From a virus (taxonomy: Duplodnaviria > Caudoviricetes), in IMG/VR virus record IMGVR_UViG_3300037067_015496, positions 7,629 through 71,628 of that record: DNA of 64,000 nucleotides; one strand, given 5' to 3'. The notes under the pieces were generated by a model, which was given only the letters and a program-made list of their open reading frames with translations, did no database searches and was not told the origin of the DNA. Positions 49,377 through 59,722 of this stretch are shown piece after piece; within the stretch, counting starts at the first letter, position 1; each line of letters begins with the position of its first letter. The position numbers were made by a program, and so were the translations under genes.

Positions 49377-50387
49377 TTAATGTCCTCTCTGAGCTATTAA
49401 TGTAGCTCTCATTTGTGCCTGTCTATCTGGTAAATCTCCATCCTCTATACTTCCTGCCTTTTGAATAGCAGTAAATTTTTGTTTTTTTACATTTTCGGAT
49501 TCCTGAGTGTTTAAGTCTCGTATATCTATAATATCTTGTCCACTATATGCAGGTAAGAAAATTTCATCAGCATTATTTTTTTTTGTTATATTCTGAGTAT
49601 TATTTTCTTGTCTTTCTTTATCTCTTTCTATTTTTTGATTTAACATCCATCCATCTAGTGCATCATCGTCTTGAATAATTCCATCGTCTGGTCTATTTGG
49701 ATTTTCATAAATAGAACTGTACATTTGACTATAGGATAGTAATGTTTTTTGCGTATCGTTAAGTTCTGCAATACTACATGTAAATGGATTTACATTAATT
49801 CTATAATAACTATTCCAAGGTTCCGATCTAGCTATCTCACGTATATTCGATGTTGACAAAAGCGAAAAATTAAATTCTGACAAAAGACTATTTGATAATG
49901 CCCCTGCTATTTCTCCTACAAGCCTATTATTGCAATATAAACAATTTTGTAATATATAATCCATCTTTAAAATACTAGCATAATATTCTATAGTATATTG
50001 ATCTAAACTATGTAAAATATTATATAGCTTATTCATATTTTTATTAAGATTGGCTATTTCTTTTTTGGTTCTATTAACCACATCTTTACGATAAAAATTC
50101 TTATATAAAGTTATTTTGACATTGTCTAGTCGGGCTTCCATCGCTTTCATATCTAAAGACATATCATCGCTCCACAAATGACGCACTTTAAGCAGCTTCT
50201 CACAATTGGATAATCGAAGCCACTTGATATATTTATTGTCAATTAAACATTGACGATATATTTCGTCGGCTTGTAATAGAATATCTAAGGAAGGATTTTT
50301 AACCACATAAAGTTGTCGATCATAATAGAAATGACGACGATTTGCTAATAGATTATGTACTATTAACTCTTTAATGTGGTAGTCCAT
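49377..50387 (-). CDS. Hypothetical protein (tail assembly region)
   Basis: ATG at 50387 preferred over TTG at 50411. Contains IIQDDDALDGW. Confidence 0.6.
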   Translation of the reverse strand: MDYHIKELIVHNLLANRRHFYYDRQLYVVKNPSLDILLQADEIYRQCLIDNKYIKWLRLSNCEKLLKVRHLWSDDMSLDMKAMEARLDNVKITLYKNFYRKDVVNRTKKEIANLNKNMNKLYNILHSLDQYTIEYYASILKMDYILQNCLYCNNRLVGEIAGALSNSLLSEFNFSLLSTSNIREIARSEPWNSYYRINVNPFTCSIAELNDTQKTLLSYSQMYSSIYENPNRPDDGIIQDDDALDGWMLNQKIERDKERQENNTQNITKKNNADEIFLPAYSGQDIIDIRDLNTQESENVKKQKFTAIQKAGSIEDGDLPDRQAQMRATLIAQRGH

Positions 50388-50460
50388 CAAATATCCTATT
50401 ACTCCTAACAAAATAAGGTATAAGTGTTACTCGCAAGATGCTATCGCTTCACGTATACCA

Positions 50461-50491
50461 ATCAAACCAAGGGGGAGTTAGCACCTCCCCC
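50461..50491 (-). terminator. Terminator-like hairpin after the tail tube gene
   Basis: GGGGGAG/CTCCCCC 7 bp stem, T-rich downstream on the minus strand. Confidence 0.6.
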
Positions 50492-50506
50492 ACATACTAT
50501 CTATTT

Positions 50507-51595
50507 TTACACAAAATAAGTAGCCCTTCCAGTCCACCAAGCCATTCCACTAGCATTGGGATCGCCAGACTGAACAACCGTTAATGTATTATAGGTCATA
50601 TAATTATAAGTAGCTTTAGAATAACCACCACCAGTATCACCACCACCATAACTAACTGATTGTAATTTATTCTTAGTGCCAAGCCACAAACCAAGTCCCT
50701 GAGATACTAGAATCTTAATTGTACAATCTTGTAGATTACTTTCGGTAGTGCCTATAATACCACTTTCAGTAGCAGAAATATTATCGCCAGACACAGCAAC
50801 TGTTTCAATTTCGGTAGTAACTTCAACAGGGAAATTAACAGGGCGATAATAAGGAGTACGACGACCCTCTTCATATAATTCTTCACGAGACAAATCGGTT
50901 TTAATGCTTACATTAGAAATATGAGCGGCATACGAACCATTAGGTCCAGTAGCTAAATTATATCCATTGGAATCAATACCAGGAATATCTTTAGGCAAAA
51001 TACTAGAAGTAGTAGCACTATTACCAAATATAAAATGTTGACGACGAAAAACGTGGCCATAACCAGAAGGACTATCGGCACCATCAATAGCACCATTTAA
51101 CGATAAAGCTGCTTTTCTAGCATTCAAATCGGTATTGGTAACGCGACTATCAATTGCCCACAATTTATCATTTCCAACAAATGTTACAGCCTCAGTACCA
51201 TTTTCATTAACGGGAAAATTATATTGCAGTGAAGAGATAAACATACTCTGGCATTCCATAGCATTCAAAGATGCAACACCAGAAGTATAATTGGCAACTG
51301 TATCGTCAAAAACCAACAGTTTGACATTAACTGGAATGGATGTTCGCCCAGCAAGAGTAGGAGAACTTGCTGTATTAGATGCGGCAGTATATATACAAGG
51401 ATAACCATCTATAGCTTTGGTAACATTTAATTCCACATTAGGAATATTTTCAATTGTTTCATAAATATTAATATTACCAAATTCAAACACCTTATCAAGC
51501 TGAAAATTCGTAGTTGAACTAACAGATTGAACACCGTGGATGGGAAGGTCATTAACTCTTACTTCTTGTACGGCATAAAATATTCTATAACCCAT
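50507..51595 (-). CDS. Major tail (tube) protein
   Basis: HGVQSV..TTNFQLDKVFEFG..IYE...P; REELYEEGRR.PY.R; strong AAGGAG Shine-Dalgarno; flanked by a promoter motif and a terminator. Confidence 0.7.
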   Translation of the reverse strand: MGYRIFYAVQEVRVNDLPIHGVQSVSSTTNFQLDKVFEFGNINIYETIENIPNVELNVTKAIDGYPCIYTAASNTASSPTLAGRTSIPVNVKLLVFDDTVANYTSGVASLNAMECQSMFISSLQYNFPVNENGTEAVTFVGNDKLWAIDSRVTNTDLNARKAALSLNGAIDGADSPSGYGHVFRRQHFIFGNSATTSSILPKDIPGIDSNGYNLATGPNGSYAAHISNVSIKTDLSREELYEEGRRTPYYRPVNFPVEVTTEIETVAVSGDNISATESGIIGTTESNLQDCTIKILVSQGLGLWLGTKNKLQSVSYGGGDTGGGYSKATYNYMTYNTLTVVQSGDPNASGMAWWTGRATYFV

Positions 51596-51671
51596 GTTTT
51601 CTCCTTTTAAAGAGTAAATTGTCTCATTTTATAGATTTCGCCATAGAATGATACACCGAAATCCACATTTA

Positions 51672-51682
51672 ATTATACACCA
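51672..51682 (-). promoter_or_regulatory. Repeated phage promoter-like motif TGGTGTATAAT (copy 3)
   Basis: Exact motif upstream of the tail tube gene; near-copy CGGTGTATCAT at 51648-51658. Confidence 0.6.
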
Positions 51683-51693
51683 TTATGACCAAA

Positions 51694-52890
51694 TTAGTCT
51701 AATTCTGATACACCTAAAACAGTTTCGCACGTTAATCTTATTGCACCAACAAATAGTTTTGGGTGTACTGGATACATTTCAAAAATATTAGCACGAGCTA
51801 TAAAACAATTCTGCCAATAATAATCATATACTAAAGTAGAATAATTTCTTAAATCTAATAATCCTGTTAAAGTGGTGGCACCCCTATAATCTAATAAAAA
51901 AGCATCATTTTGTGCAATAGCTGAGCTATCATATAGGCGTAAAGTTTTGTTTAATTGAGCACGCATGATGTCCACTATATTATTCCTCATATAACGATCT
52001 TCTGTAATAGTTGAAATAATAATATCTTGCGTTGCCCATATTGCTTCATTACCAATTTCATAAGGGCGACCATCACCTCTTTGGGCAGCTTCTACAATAA
52101 TAATGGGCAATTGTAATCTATGTTCTCCACCAACCAACCAATCGCCCTGTCCACTATTTGGGGTAAACTGAACACTATCCGAACGTAAACTATTAAATTG
52201 TATTTCTTGCCACCACGGAACATCATCGGCTTTATAAGTTTGCACTGAACGATATGAATAATCAGCCTGAACACTACTATCATCTGCTATAGCACTATTA
52301 AACACCACAGTTCCCAACGGATAATTAATATAATAACTATCTTTACTTACTATGGTATTATTAATATAAATAACTGGATCATATGTTCCATTAGATAATT
52401 CGTAATTTCCAGATAGGTTTAGAGTACCAATTCCCGTTTTATTTGCTACGACAGAGGCATATGATGTTCCAGTAGTTGGATGACTAAAATTCTTGCAAAT
52501 ATATTTAACGCTATCAGAAAAAACTAATATATCGCCCATATTGCCGCTAGCATATCCGCTAATATTACATATTCCAGTACCAGATGCTAAATTAAAGCTT
52601 AAATACATTCCAGTTCCGGTCATTACGACATGACGAAAATCCTCATATATCCAATCTTTTCTAATGCCTTCCCATTCTTTACCATAGCCATATTCACTAT
52701 TTGGCACCACTTTTAAAGCACTAAAATCGCCACCATAAGGACCGAGATCATCTTTTAATACATTGTTGTATCCACCGATATTTAACATAGCCCAGTCTAT
52801 ATATGACTTAAAATTAGACTCTAGCTCATTCATTACTAGCGGAGTTGCTATATTTGAAATAGATTTAAATTTGGTGGAATCTGTAATCAT
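51694..52890 (-). CDS. Tail completion/terminator-like protein with an inserted domain
   Basis: Position before the tail tube gene. QLPIIIVE...YEIG...QDII; central low-complexity insert. Confidence 0.5.
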   Translation of the reverse strand: MITDSTKFKSISNIATPLVMNELESNFKSYIDWAMLNIGGYNNVLKDDLGPYGGDFSALKVVPNSEYGYGKEWEGIRKDWIYEDFRHVVMTGTGMYLSFNLASGTGICNISGYASGNMGDILVFSDSVKYICKNFSHPTTGTSYASVVANKTGIGTLNLSGNYELSNGTYDPVIYINNTIVSKDSYYINYPLGTVVFNSAIADDSSVQADYSYRSVQTYKADDVPWWQEIQFNSLRSDSVQFTPNSGQGDWLVGGEHRLQLPIIIVEAAQRGDGRPYEIGNEAIWATQDIIISTITEDRYMRNNIVDIMRAQLNKTLRLYDSSAIAQNDAFLLDYRGATTLTGLLDLRNYSTLVYDYYWQNCFIARANIFEMYPVHPKLFVGAIRLTCETVLGVSELD

Positions 52891-52891
52891 A

Positions 52892-53527
52892 CTAAGCCTT
52901 TAATGAGCTATAAATAATGTCATCAATTTGATCTTTTATACTGTCCAATGCTCTAGTAACAAAATTATTATCCACGGTTCCAGCATATTCATAAGGAATG
53001 CCCCAATATCTTGAAGAAGGAATCATAATATATTTTCCAGTTCTACTTCTGTCTGGTTTGATCTTTAAATGATAGTCATCAATAATAATTCCGGTTCCTT
53101 CCAATAACAACCATCTTAACCACGGTAATGATTGTCCCTTTTCTGTAATTTGTACGGCTTCCGATTGACTCAATACATCTGCAAAATCAGTACGAATAAT
53201 ACCCAATATGAATCCACCATCTAAACCATGACCAGATATTACCGTTTTCTTAAGTGTAATATTAATATTATTTACCCAAGTATTAATAATGCCTTCTATT
53301 TTCTGTTCGGCATTTTCTAAGCCAAGCTCTGATCGTAAATCACCATTTTTTGCATCAATCATTTCTGGACAATTTAATAATGTTCGCCTTATTAAGTCTT
53401 GTATTTTAGATTGCCCATTATTTGCAACACTAGATAAAAAATTAGTAATATCATCTTTTATTGTATTCAAAATTAATTTAGTAAGTTCTTGATTACTTTC
53501 TTTAATTTTGAAATTCAAAGTTATCAT
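52892..53527 (-). CDS. Head-tail/neck protein
   Basis: ATGA overlap at 53527. LPWLRWLL...SRTG...NNFVTRA. Synteny. Confidence 0.5.
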   Translation of the reverse strand: MITLNFKIKESNQELTKLILNTIKDDITNFLSSVANNGQSKIQDLIRRTLLNCPEMIDAKNGDLRSELGLENAEQKIEGIINTWVNNINITLKKTVISGHGLDGGFILGIIRTDFADVLSQSEAVQITEKGQSLPWLRWLLLEGTGIIIDDYHLKIKPDRSRTGKYIMIPSSRYWGIPYEYAGTVDNNFVTRALDSIKDQIDDIIYSSLKA

Positions 53528-54057
53528 GCTATCGCCTTCCATATGGTGATAAGAAAGTCCGACCCTCCAAGACCTACGGGCGTTGGCTCCCCATCTCTTT
53601 GAAATATATGATTGTGTTGAATATTTAAGGAACTATCTATAATAATAGATTTACAGCTTTTTATTGCATTGTAAGTATCCATTTTAGATAGTGTTTGAAC
53701 ATATCCTTGTAAAGCCAATGCTTGTGCTGTAGTACCACGCCAATTAATCCAGTCTTTATAATTCCATATTGGGACTATATATACAGTAGCTGTAACATCC
53801 GTAGTAAATCGTCCTATACCACGACATACTGGGCACGTTCCAACAGTAAAATATCTATCACCGCCAGATTTATATTTACCAGATGATTTCTTTAAAACTG
53901 GATCAAAAACACAATTTGTACAATCTGTAAATTTAGAATCTCCATATACTAACGTACATGCAATGCTTAGTGCATCTATATCTAATAAGGATTCAATGGC
54001 ATTTTTAAAAAGTGCCTTAAATTCTGTACTTATAATACCGTCAAATGGATTGCTCAT
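53524..54057 (-). CDS. Head closure-like protein with a zinc-binding insert
   Basis: CTNC...CPVC.G.G; synteny. Confidence 0.5.
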   Translation of the reverse strand: MSNPFDGIISTEFKALFKNAIESLLDIDALSIACTLVYGDSKFTDCTNCVFDPVLKKSSGKYKSGGDRYFTVGTCPVCRGIGRFTTDVTATVYIVPIWNYKDWINWRGTTAQALALQGYVQTLSKMDTYNAIKSCKSIIIDSSLNIQHNHIFQRDGEPTPVGLGGSDFLITIWKAIA

Positions 54058-54058
54058 A

Positions 54059-54541
54059 TTATCCTAATGATCGTGGATCAAAATTATTACTAATAAATGG
54101 CGTTAAAATAGCATGATGTATATTACTATGTGAATATTGCCAATCTGTTTTAAGGGCTTCATACATAGCACAAGGACCAACACTCAATAACTCTTTAAAG
54201 CCCACTAAGTGACTACCCGTATCTAAACTAACAGGACCACAACGTGCAGAAATTCCAGCTACCAATGCTTTTGTTCGTACTTGACCTATATCTGCCAAAC
54301 ATGCTGCTTTAATCACCGTAAAATTTAAAAATGCATTATCGCCCGTATCTACTGGGTCTGGAGAAATAGAGTGGGTCATTATATTAATAGAATAGTTAAC
54401 ATCAAATGTTAAGTCCTGTTTCACATAAATTGCCGCTACTATTAAAAGCTGTTCCAGCCTATTATCACTATAAGTAAGAGTAGTGCCATTATCATTTAAT
54501 AGCACCCTTAACATTTTTATACCAGAATCGTTCCAGGACAT
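54059..54541 (-). CDS. Head-tail adaptor-like protein
   Basis: LRVLLND...YSDNRLEQLL; synteny. Confidence 0.55.
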   Translation of the reverse strand: MSWNDSGIKMLRVLLNDNGTTLTYSDNRLEQLLIVAAIYVKQDLTFDVNYSINIMTHSISPDPVDTGDNAFLNFTVIKAACLADIGQVRTKALVAGISARCGPVSLDTGSHLVGFKELLSVGPCAMYEALKTDWQYSHSNIHHAILTPFISNNFDPRSLG

Positions 54542-54546
54542 ATTTA

Positions 54547-54846
54547 TTACTCCACCGTTAGTAAACCGCGACCTTCAAAAATTTGTCCGTCCGTTGTTTT
54601 AATAAGAGAGGAAATCACATAAGTATAATTATATGTGCCGCCATTTATTATGCATTGTACTGTTGTTCCACTAGTCGTTGGATCAACGATGGATATGTCG
54701 GTAGCCATTGTTCTATCTCTATATAATGGCTCCATAGATAAAATACCAGAAATACTTAAATTACCAATAGCATCAGCAAAATCCATTGAAATAGCTATAG
54801 ATTCATCTTTAGATTTACTCATCACTGTAGAACTTATACTAGCCAT
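54547..54846 (-). CDS. Small beta-sandwich virion protein (fiber-tail adaptor-like)
   Basis: K..E...ISMDF...GTTVQCIINGG...TY......TTDGQ..E pattern. Confidence 0.5.
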   Translation of the reverse strand: MASISSTVMSKSKDESIAISMDFADAIGNLSISGILSMEPLYRDRTMATDISIVDPTTSGTTVQCIINGGTYNYTYVISSLIKTTDGQIFEGRGLLTVE

Positions 54847-54855
54847 TATTTTCCT

Positions 54856-55791
54856 CTACAATATTATATCTGTATCTGTTTCGTCTAAAACTATTTTATT
54901 ATTAGTATTAGATAGTTTTGATGTACTAGTACTAGAATCTAATTTAATATTTTTATTGGAAGGTGCAAAAATATTAGGCACCGACCCATTCAAAACGATA
55001 TTATCATTTTGCCCATCTAAAACAGCAACTCTACTACCACCAGATTGAGTAAAAACATTATTACCACCACTCATATTATACACCTTTTGGGGAGATAGTG
55101 AAAGATTGGCAACAGTAGATAAATAACGCTTATGTGGTGATGGGATAATAAATCCTCCCAACATAGAATCTAATGAAGAAAGTTGAAATATCTCAGATTC
55201 GGACAATATTCTATCGTATATCATTACATCACCAATGGTGCCAGTTAAATATCCTAAAGAATTGTAACCTATTTTTGTGGTAGCACTCCATGTTGCATTA
55301 TAAGCAGTGGTTGTTTTGCTATTATAATATATTCCATTACGATAAATAGTCCATACCCCAGCATTAAAAGTAATAGTTAGGTGTCCTAATGTTGAAAATG
55401 GAAAAAATGAGACAAAATAACAATATCTATTATCACAAAACATCAAATTATTAGAAGAATTAGAGATATTAACGTAATTAGAAGCACCAATAATACCTCC
55501 ATTATTTGGGGCAGTCAAAATCCAGCACGCAAATGTCCATTGTGTACTAGAACATGTCACGAATTTAGAAAATTGAATAAAATTAGCTGCACCGGCAATT
55601 AAATTTATACACCATCTATTTAGTATACTATTATATTTCCACCCATTGGCAAAAGCAAATGCACCGTGATTACCATAAAGAGAACTATCATTATATATTT
55701 TGGTATTTGGGCCATTACCCATTCCGGCAAAAACCAAATTTTTGGATAATGGATGATTTTGGCTTAATATAAAATGATCTGGACGTTTCAT
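54856..55791 (-). CDS. LamG/concanavalin-A-like lectin-domain virion protein
   Basis: DSSLYGNHG, WTFACWI, HLTITF, IYRNG, GTIGDVMIYDRILSESEI. Confidence 0.8.
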   Translation of the reverse strand: MKRPDHFILSQNHPLSKNLVFAGMGNGPNTKIYNDSSLYGNHGAFAFANGWKYNSILNRWCINLIAGAANFIQFSKFVTCSSTQWTFACWILTAPNNGGIIGASNYVNISNSSNNLMFCDNRYCYFVSFFPFSTLGHLTITFNAGVWTIYRNGIYYNSKTTTAYNATWSATTKIGYNSLGYLTGTIGDVMIYDRILSESEIFQLSSLDSMLGGFIIPSPHKRYLSTVANLSLSPQKVYNMSGGNNVFTQSGGSRVAVLDGQNDNIVLNGSVPNIFAPSNKNIKLDSSTSTSKLSNTNNKIVLDETDTDIIL

Positions 55792-56294
55792 TAAAACACC
55801 ATTGTATGGTATACTGGATTAATTTTAATAACAGAACCAGAAGTATGAAGATTTTTCCCTGTAGATTGCGTAACAAAAATTAAAAATTTCTTAGGACATA
55901 TACCTCCAAATAATGATGCTATAGAAATCTGTCCAAATGGATAGGTTAAACTAACTGTGGTAGTGGTTGCAATAACAGCAGCCGGATGACAAATTTGATA
56001 TTTATAATTTAATGAAGCTATAGTAATATCACTATCTGTGCCAGTAAAATTAACAGGCCACAAATTATCATCTTCCATAGTGACAACGTGAATTTCTATA
56101 AGTCCAGCAATTAATCCACTAACAGTAGAAACTTTAATCACACCAGACAGTAAATAATCCTCATATCCAACAGTATTATCAATAAAAGTAGATTGTCTTC
56201 CTGCTAATAAAGTAAGAGAACTAGCCAAAGAATCTAATGTAATAGTTACCGCAGAAGATGCTGGATATACAAGTTTAATATCTCTGTTTGCCAT
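55791..56294 (-). CDS. Hypothetical virion-associated protein
   Basis: 167 aa beta-rich ORF after the capsid terminator. Confidence 0.6.
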   Translation of the reverse strand: MANRDIKLVYPASSAVTITLDSLASSLTLLAGRQSTFIDNTVGYEDYLLSGVIKVSTVSGLIAGLIEIHVVTMEDDNLWPVNFTGTDSDITIASLNYKYQICHPAAVIATTTTVSLTYPFGQISIASLFGGICPKKFLIFVTQSTGKNLHTSGSVIKINPVYHTMVF

Positions 56295-56312
56295 GTTGTT
56301 TTTCCCATATAT

Positions 56313-56341
56313 AACAAAAAAGCCCAGATTACTCTGGGCTT
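56313..56341 (-). terminator. Intrinsic terminator after the major capsid gene
   Basis: AGCCCAGA-GTAA-TCTGGGCT followed by TTTTT on the minus strand. Confidence 0.85.
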
Positions 56342-56368
56342 AGAATCGCTATTTAACTATTATTGACT

Positions 56369-57394
56369 TTACAATCCAAGCAGACATACTCTACGCCCGT
56401 CTAAACAAGCCAGTCCGCTTTCTTGCCAGCCATATATACCGCCACGTTGTGAACGATGAAGGGTGTCGTCTTCAAAAATTTGCAACTCTTCCACAACCGG
56501 CATAACAAACGAATCATTCTTACGAAGATCAAGACCAACAGCAATTTCTACCTTACCACCGGGCATTGTAGCACCCAGGTCAGTACCATAGAACAGTTGA
56601 TATTCTTGTCCTTCACCCAACTCGTCAATAGTGTGTAGATTCACACCAAAAATACGATTCAGAGCATTATCGCCTTCGGCAGTGAAAATTTGTCTACGAG
56701 TTGTCTCGTCTAATTGATCTACATTCCAATTGCGTATATCTTCCATTGCTTCTGGACTAATATACAAGTCCGTCAATTGACCACGATTCATACTAGTGGA
56801 ATTTCCACCACCATTACGTCGCATAACGGTTTTACCAAGACTGACAAGACGTTTGGTAAATACACCAGCAGCCGCATCGGAATCAACAACGATAATATTA
56901 CGATCATAACCAGCCACAATAATAGTATGCCAGCCATCATCATTCATCTTTTTCACAAAGCCAGCACGAAATACATCGGTAGCACGACCGATAATATCCC
57001 ACCGGGCATCACGAGCATATTTCAATCCCCACTCTATTCCATTACCAACGCTATATGTGGGAACCATAACATAGTCACCCTCAACAGCCTTACTAGGAAT
57101 ATAGCCTTGATTAGGAAGTGTATAAGCAACAAATTCCTTTTCTTGACCAGGGGCAATGATATCTAGGGGAAATTCTACAGTAGAACGCCCAGAAACCTTA
57201 ATGGGTTCAAAAATACCATCCAAAATCTCGCCATTCAGTATTGACTGACGCAATGGAAGTTCAATTGCTTTAGCAATTTCGCGTGTTGCATCTAACGATT
57301 CTTGTTTATTAAAAGAACCGGCTTTAACCAACACACAATCCATTTGTTCTTGCATCTCTTTAGCAATAACTTTTTCTTTATTTGTAAATTTCAT
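56369..57394 (-). CDS. Major capsid protein (HK97 fold)
   Basis: 341 aa, after protease and decoration genes, strong Shine-Dalgarno and terminator; EGDYVMVPTY, ARDARWD, YGWQESGLACLDGRRV. Confidence 0.85.
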   Translation of the reverse strand: MKFTNKEKVIAKEMQEQMDCVLVKAGSFNKQESLDATREIAKAIELPLRQSILNGEILDGIFEPIKVSGRSTVEFPLDIIAPGQEKEFVAYTLPNQGYIPSKAVEGDYVMVPTYSVGNGIEWGLKYARDARWDIIGRATDVFRAGFVKKMNDDGWHTIIVAGYDRNIIVVDSDAAAGVFTKRLVSLGKTVMRRNGGGNSTSMNRGQLTDLYISPEAMEDIRNWNVDQLDETTRRQIFTAEGDNALNRIFGVNLHTIDELGEGQEYQLFYGTDLGATMPGGKVEIAVGLDLRKNDSFVMPVVEELQIFEDDTLHRSQRGGIYGWQESGLACLDGRRVCLLGL

Positions 57395-57412
57395 AATTAT
57401 TTAAACTCCTTA

Positions 57413-57967
57413 TTATACTAGGTTAATTTCTACTTTGACGTAGCCATCGGAATCTTTACCACCCTTAAAGGTGCCGACCCTAGTATTAAGATTTCCAACA
57501 GTAGATGCAGGTGTAGCACCACTACCTGGAATTACTTGGGTATCAGTATTGGTCATGGTTAAGCCAAATGCATTTGTATACGTTTGAGCCGCACCAACAA
57601 AAGAACCAATATTAGTATTATAAGCAGCCGCTCCAGGGGTTGGGCTTCCAGTAATAACATTAGTCACAACATCGCCATGACGAAGTAATTCAACCTTACT
57701 ACCAAGTTGGACTTCGTTCTTATGCCAGTTAATATGTTGCTTTGTTAAATCATAATTAACAACGTCACAAAGTAACATACCAGCTACTTTTTGACCAGAG
57801 GCAGTCACACCAGTAGGAACTACCACAGCATTTGCATCATCCATAGCAGCACCCAAACCAGTTGTAGATGTGTCGAAAACCGCCATCATTCCACGTTCCG
57901 CAACTGTATTGCAGAAAAAACTGATATCAGTACCATCTAGGATTTTTCGATCAGGTTTTAAAGCCAT
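57413..57967 (-). CDS. Head decoration/cement protein
   Basis: MALKPDR...ERG...G.LLCDVVN.DLTKQHINWHK.EVQ.G.KV; immediately before the capsid gene. Confidence 0.65.
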   Translation of the reverse strand: MALKPDRKILDGTDISFFCNTVAERGMMAVFDTSTTGLGAAMDDANAVVVPTGVTASGQKVAGMLLCDVVNYDLTKQHINWHKNEVQLGSKVELLRHGDVVTNVITGSPTPGAAAYNTNIGSFVGAAQTYTNAFGLTMTNTDTQVIPGSGATPASTVGNLNTRVGTFKGGKDSDGYVKVEINLV

Positions 57968-57980
57968 AATTCAATCTCCT

Positions 57981-59444
57981 TTATTGTTTATTATTACGTT
58001 TTACCGAAAGCATTTCGGCAATAGACTTACGAACTTCTTCTTTTGTATCAACATTAACTTCCGTAACAATATTCATTGCGGGAGTTTCCTCAGCCTTAGC
58101 TGTATCAAGCACTTGTTCGGTAGCAGTACTTTCAGCAGTATCAATAGTAGCATTGTCAGCACAAGTTGTTGATTTATCTTCTTTTTTTGCCGGAATAACC
58201 TTTTTAGCAGCATCGGCTTCAATAAGTTCTTTGGCAATAACATTAAATTGCTCGTCATTAAGACTGGCAAAAATTTCAACTTTAGCAGTAGCATTATCTT
58301 TCGCAATGCCACCATCAACCAACGTAGATATGCGACTAGCTTTTGCTTCTGCAATTTTCATAGCATCTAACTCTGCTTTAACACTAAGTAAAGACGCTTC
58401 AAGTTCTTCACATTTGGTTTTCATATCAGACATTTTCTTTTCGTCTTCCTTTTTTGCTGTCTTAGCAGCTTCGGATTCTTCAGTAAGAGCAAGATTGGCT
58501 TTAATAAGCACATCACGTTCTTTAATTAACTCAGCAGCAGTTTTATCTGACTGTTGTTTAAGTTCATCATATTGTGCTTGAGTGATTTCTGACATATTGT
58601 TTTCTCCATTTGCTGTTGTAAGTAAAGAGCCACTAGAAGGCTCTATAGATATTAATACACCACTATCTTGATTTTCATTAAAATCTGACGCATCACTAAA
58701 AATAATACTTTCAGAATTTGCGGGCTTATCAACATATCCCTTTCCGCAAAATGTAATATTTCTAAGTACTCGCCCAATAGTCCTATTATTCAACTTTTCA
58801 ACTTTTCCACTCCCGCCATATGCCCTTAATGCTTTAGTCATCCAAGATGTTTCATCATTACGTTTAATAATTTCATAACTACCATCGGCATTTTGCAGAG
58901 CATAATCAAAATTGGTAAATAAACATTCCATTGAAACATATTTCTTGCCCTCTTCAATAGCAGAAATGAGTTTTTGAGTACGTTCTTGAAGCTCTTCATC
59001 TGTCCAATTAGTATAAATTACTGCCCCGTTAACAATATGAAATTTTCCAGGTAATTCTGAAGCTTCTGTATCATCTGGAATAATATTTCCATCGGCATCT
59101 ATAGCCCAATTATCAGTAATATGACCCACAACCTTGTGCTCATCATGGTTGATGTTTGTTGGTTTATGGGCAGGCGTATGACGAGCCGCCCAAATATCGG
59201 CGGCAGTGAAAACATCATCGTTTTTATTCCAGTTTGAAGTAACTAGAATTGACTTTGTATAATAAAGATCGATATCATTAATAGAGCCTTTAGCAACCAT
59301 AAGATTGGGAAGCAATTTATTACTAATGGCTCGTTGTATATTTTCTTTAGTCATTAAGTCAACTTGACTAGCATAGGTAAAACAAGCCTTAGCCTGAATT
59401 TCTTCTGCCATGTCTATTTCATTAGCATAAATTGGAATAGTCAT
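57981..59444 (-). CDS. Prohead protease/scaffold protein
   Basis: NKNDDVF, NHDE..VVGHI, VSMECLF, F.GKG.V..PAN N-terminal domain; acidic coiled-coil C-terminus. Confidence 0.8.
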   Translation of the reverse strand: MTIPIYANEIDMAEEIQAKACFTYASQVDLMTKENIQRAISNKLLPNLMVAKGSINDIDLYYTKSILVTSNWNKNDDVFTAADIWAARHTPAHKPTNINHDEHKVVGHITDNWAIDADGNIIPDDTEASELPGKFHIVNGAVIYTNWTDEELQERTQKLISAIEEGKKYVSMECLFTNFDYALQNADGSYEIIKRNDETSWMTKALRAYGGSGKVEKLNNRTIGRVLRNITFCGKGYVDKPANSESIIFSDASDFNENQDSGVLISIEPSSGSLLTTANGENNMSEITQAQYDELKQQSDKTAAELIKERDVLIKANLALTEESEAAKTAKKEDEKKMSDMKTKCEELEASLLSVKAELDAMKIAEAKASRISTLVDGGIAKDNATAKVEIFASLNDEQFNVIAKELIEADAAKKVIPAKKEDKSTTCADNATIDTAESTATEQVLDTAKAEETPAMNIVTEVNVDTKEEVRKSIAEMLSVKRNNKQ

Positions 59445-59722
59445 TACATACCTTTAAATAACAATTGACCCATAGCTTTAGTAAGCACATTATCATCTGG
59501 AATTAATTCAGTTTTATTTTCGTCGGCATAAACTGTCATTGTTTTAGTAATCTTTTCATCTTCAAGCATTTCATAGGTATCGATACTAATAGAGCCTTTA
59601 TCTTCTTGATAAGGATAAATTCTAATAGATGAAATTGTTTTAGGATCAGCTAGGATTTTACCATCAGCTTCTATTTTCAACTCTTTAGTTACCGTATCAA
59701 ACGAAATATTAATCTGTGCCAT
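59444..59722 (-). CDS. Small hypothetical protein
   Basis: GGAG Shine-Dalgarno before ATG at 59722 (track start 59755). Confidence 0.6.
   Translation of the reverse strand: MAQINISFDTVTKELKIEADGKILADPKTISSIRIYPYQEDKGSISIDTYEMLEDEKITKTMTVYADENKTELIPDDNVLTKAMGQLLFKGM

Noticed and set aside
55604-55614. Near-copy TGGTGTATAAA inside the LamG gene
   Set aside because: One mismatch, encodes W-C-I-N within a conserved domain, and has no nearby start. Probably chance.
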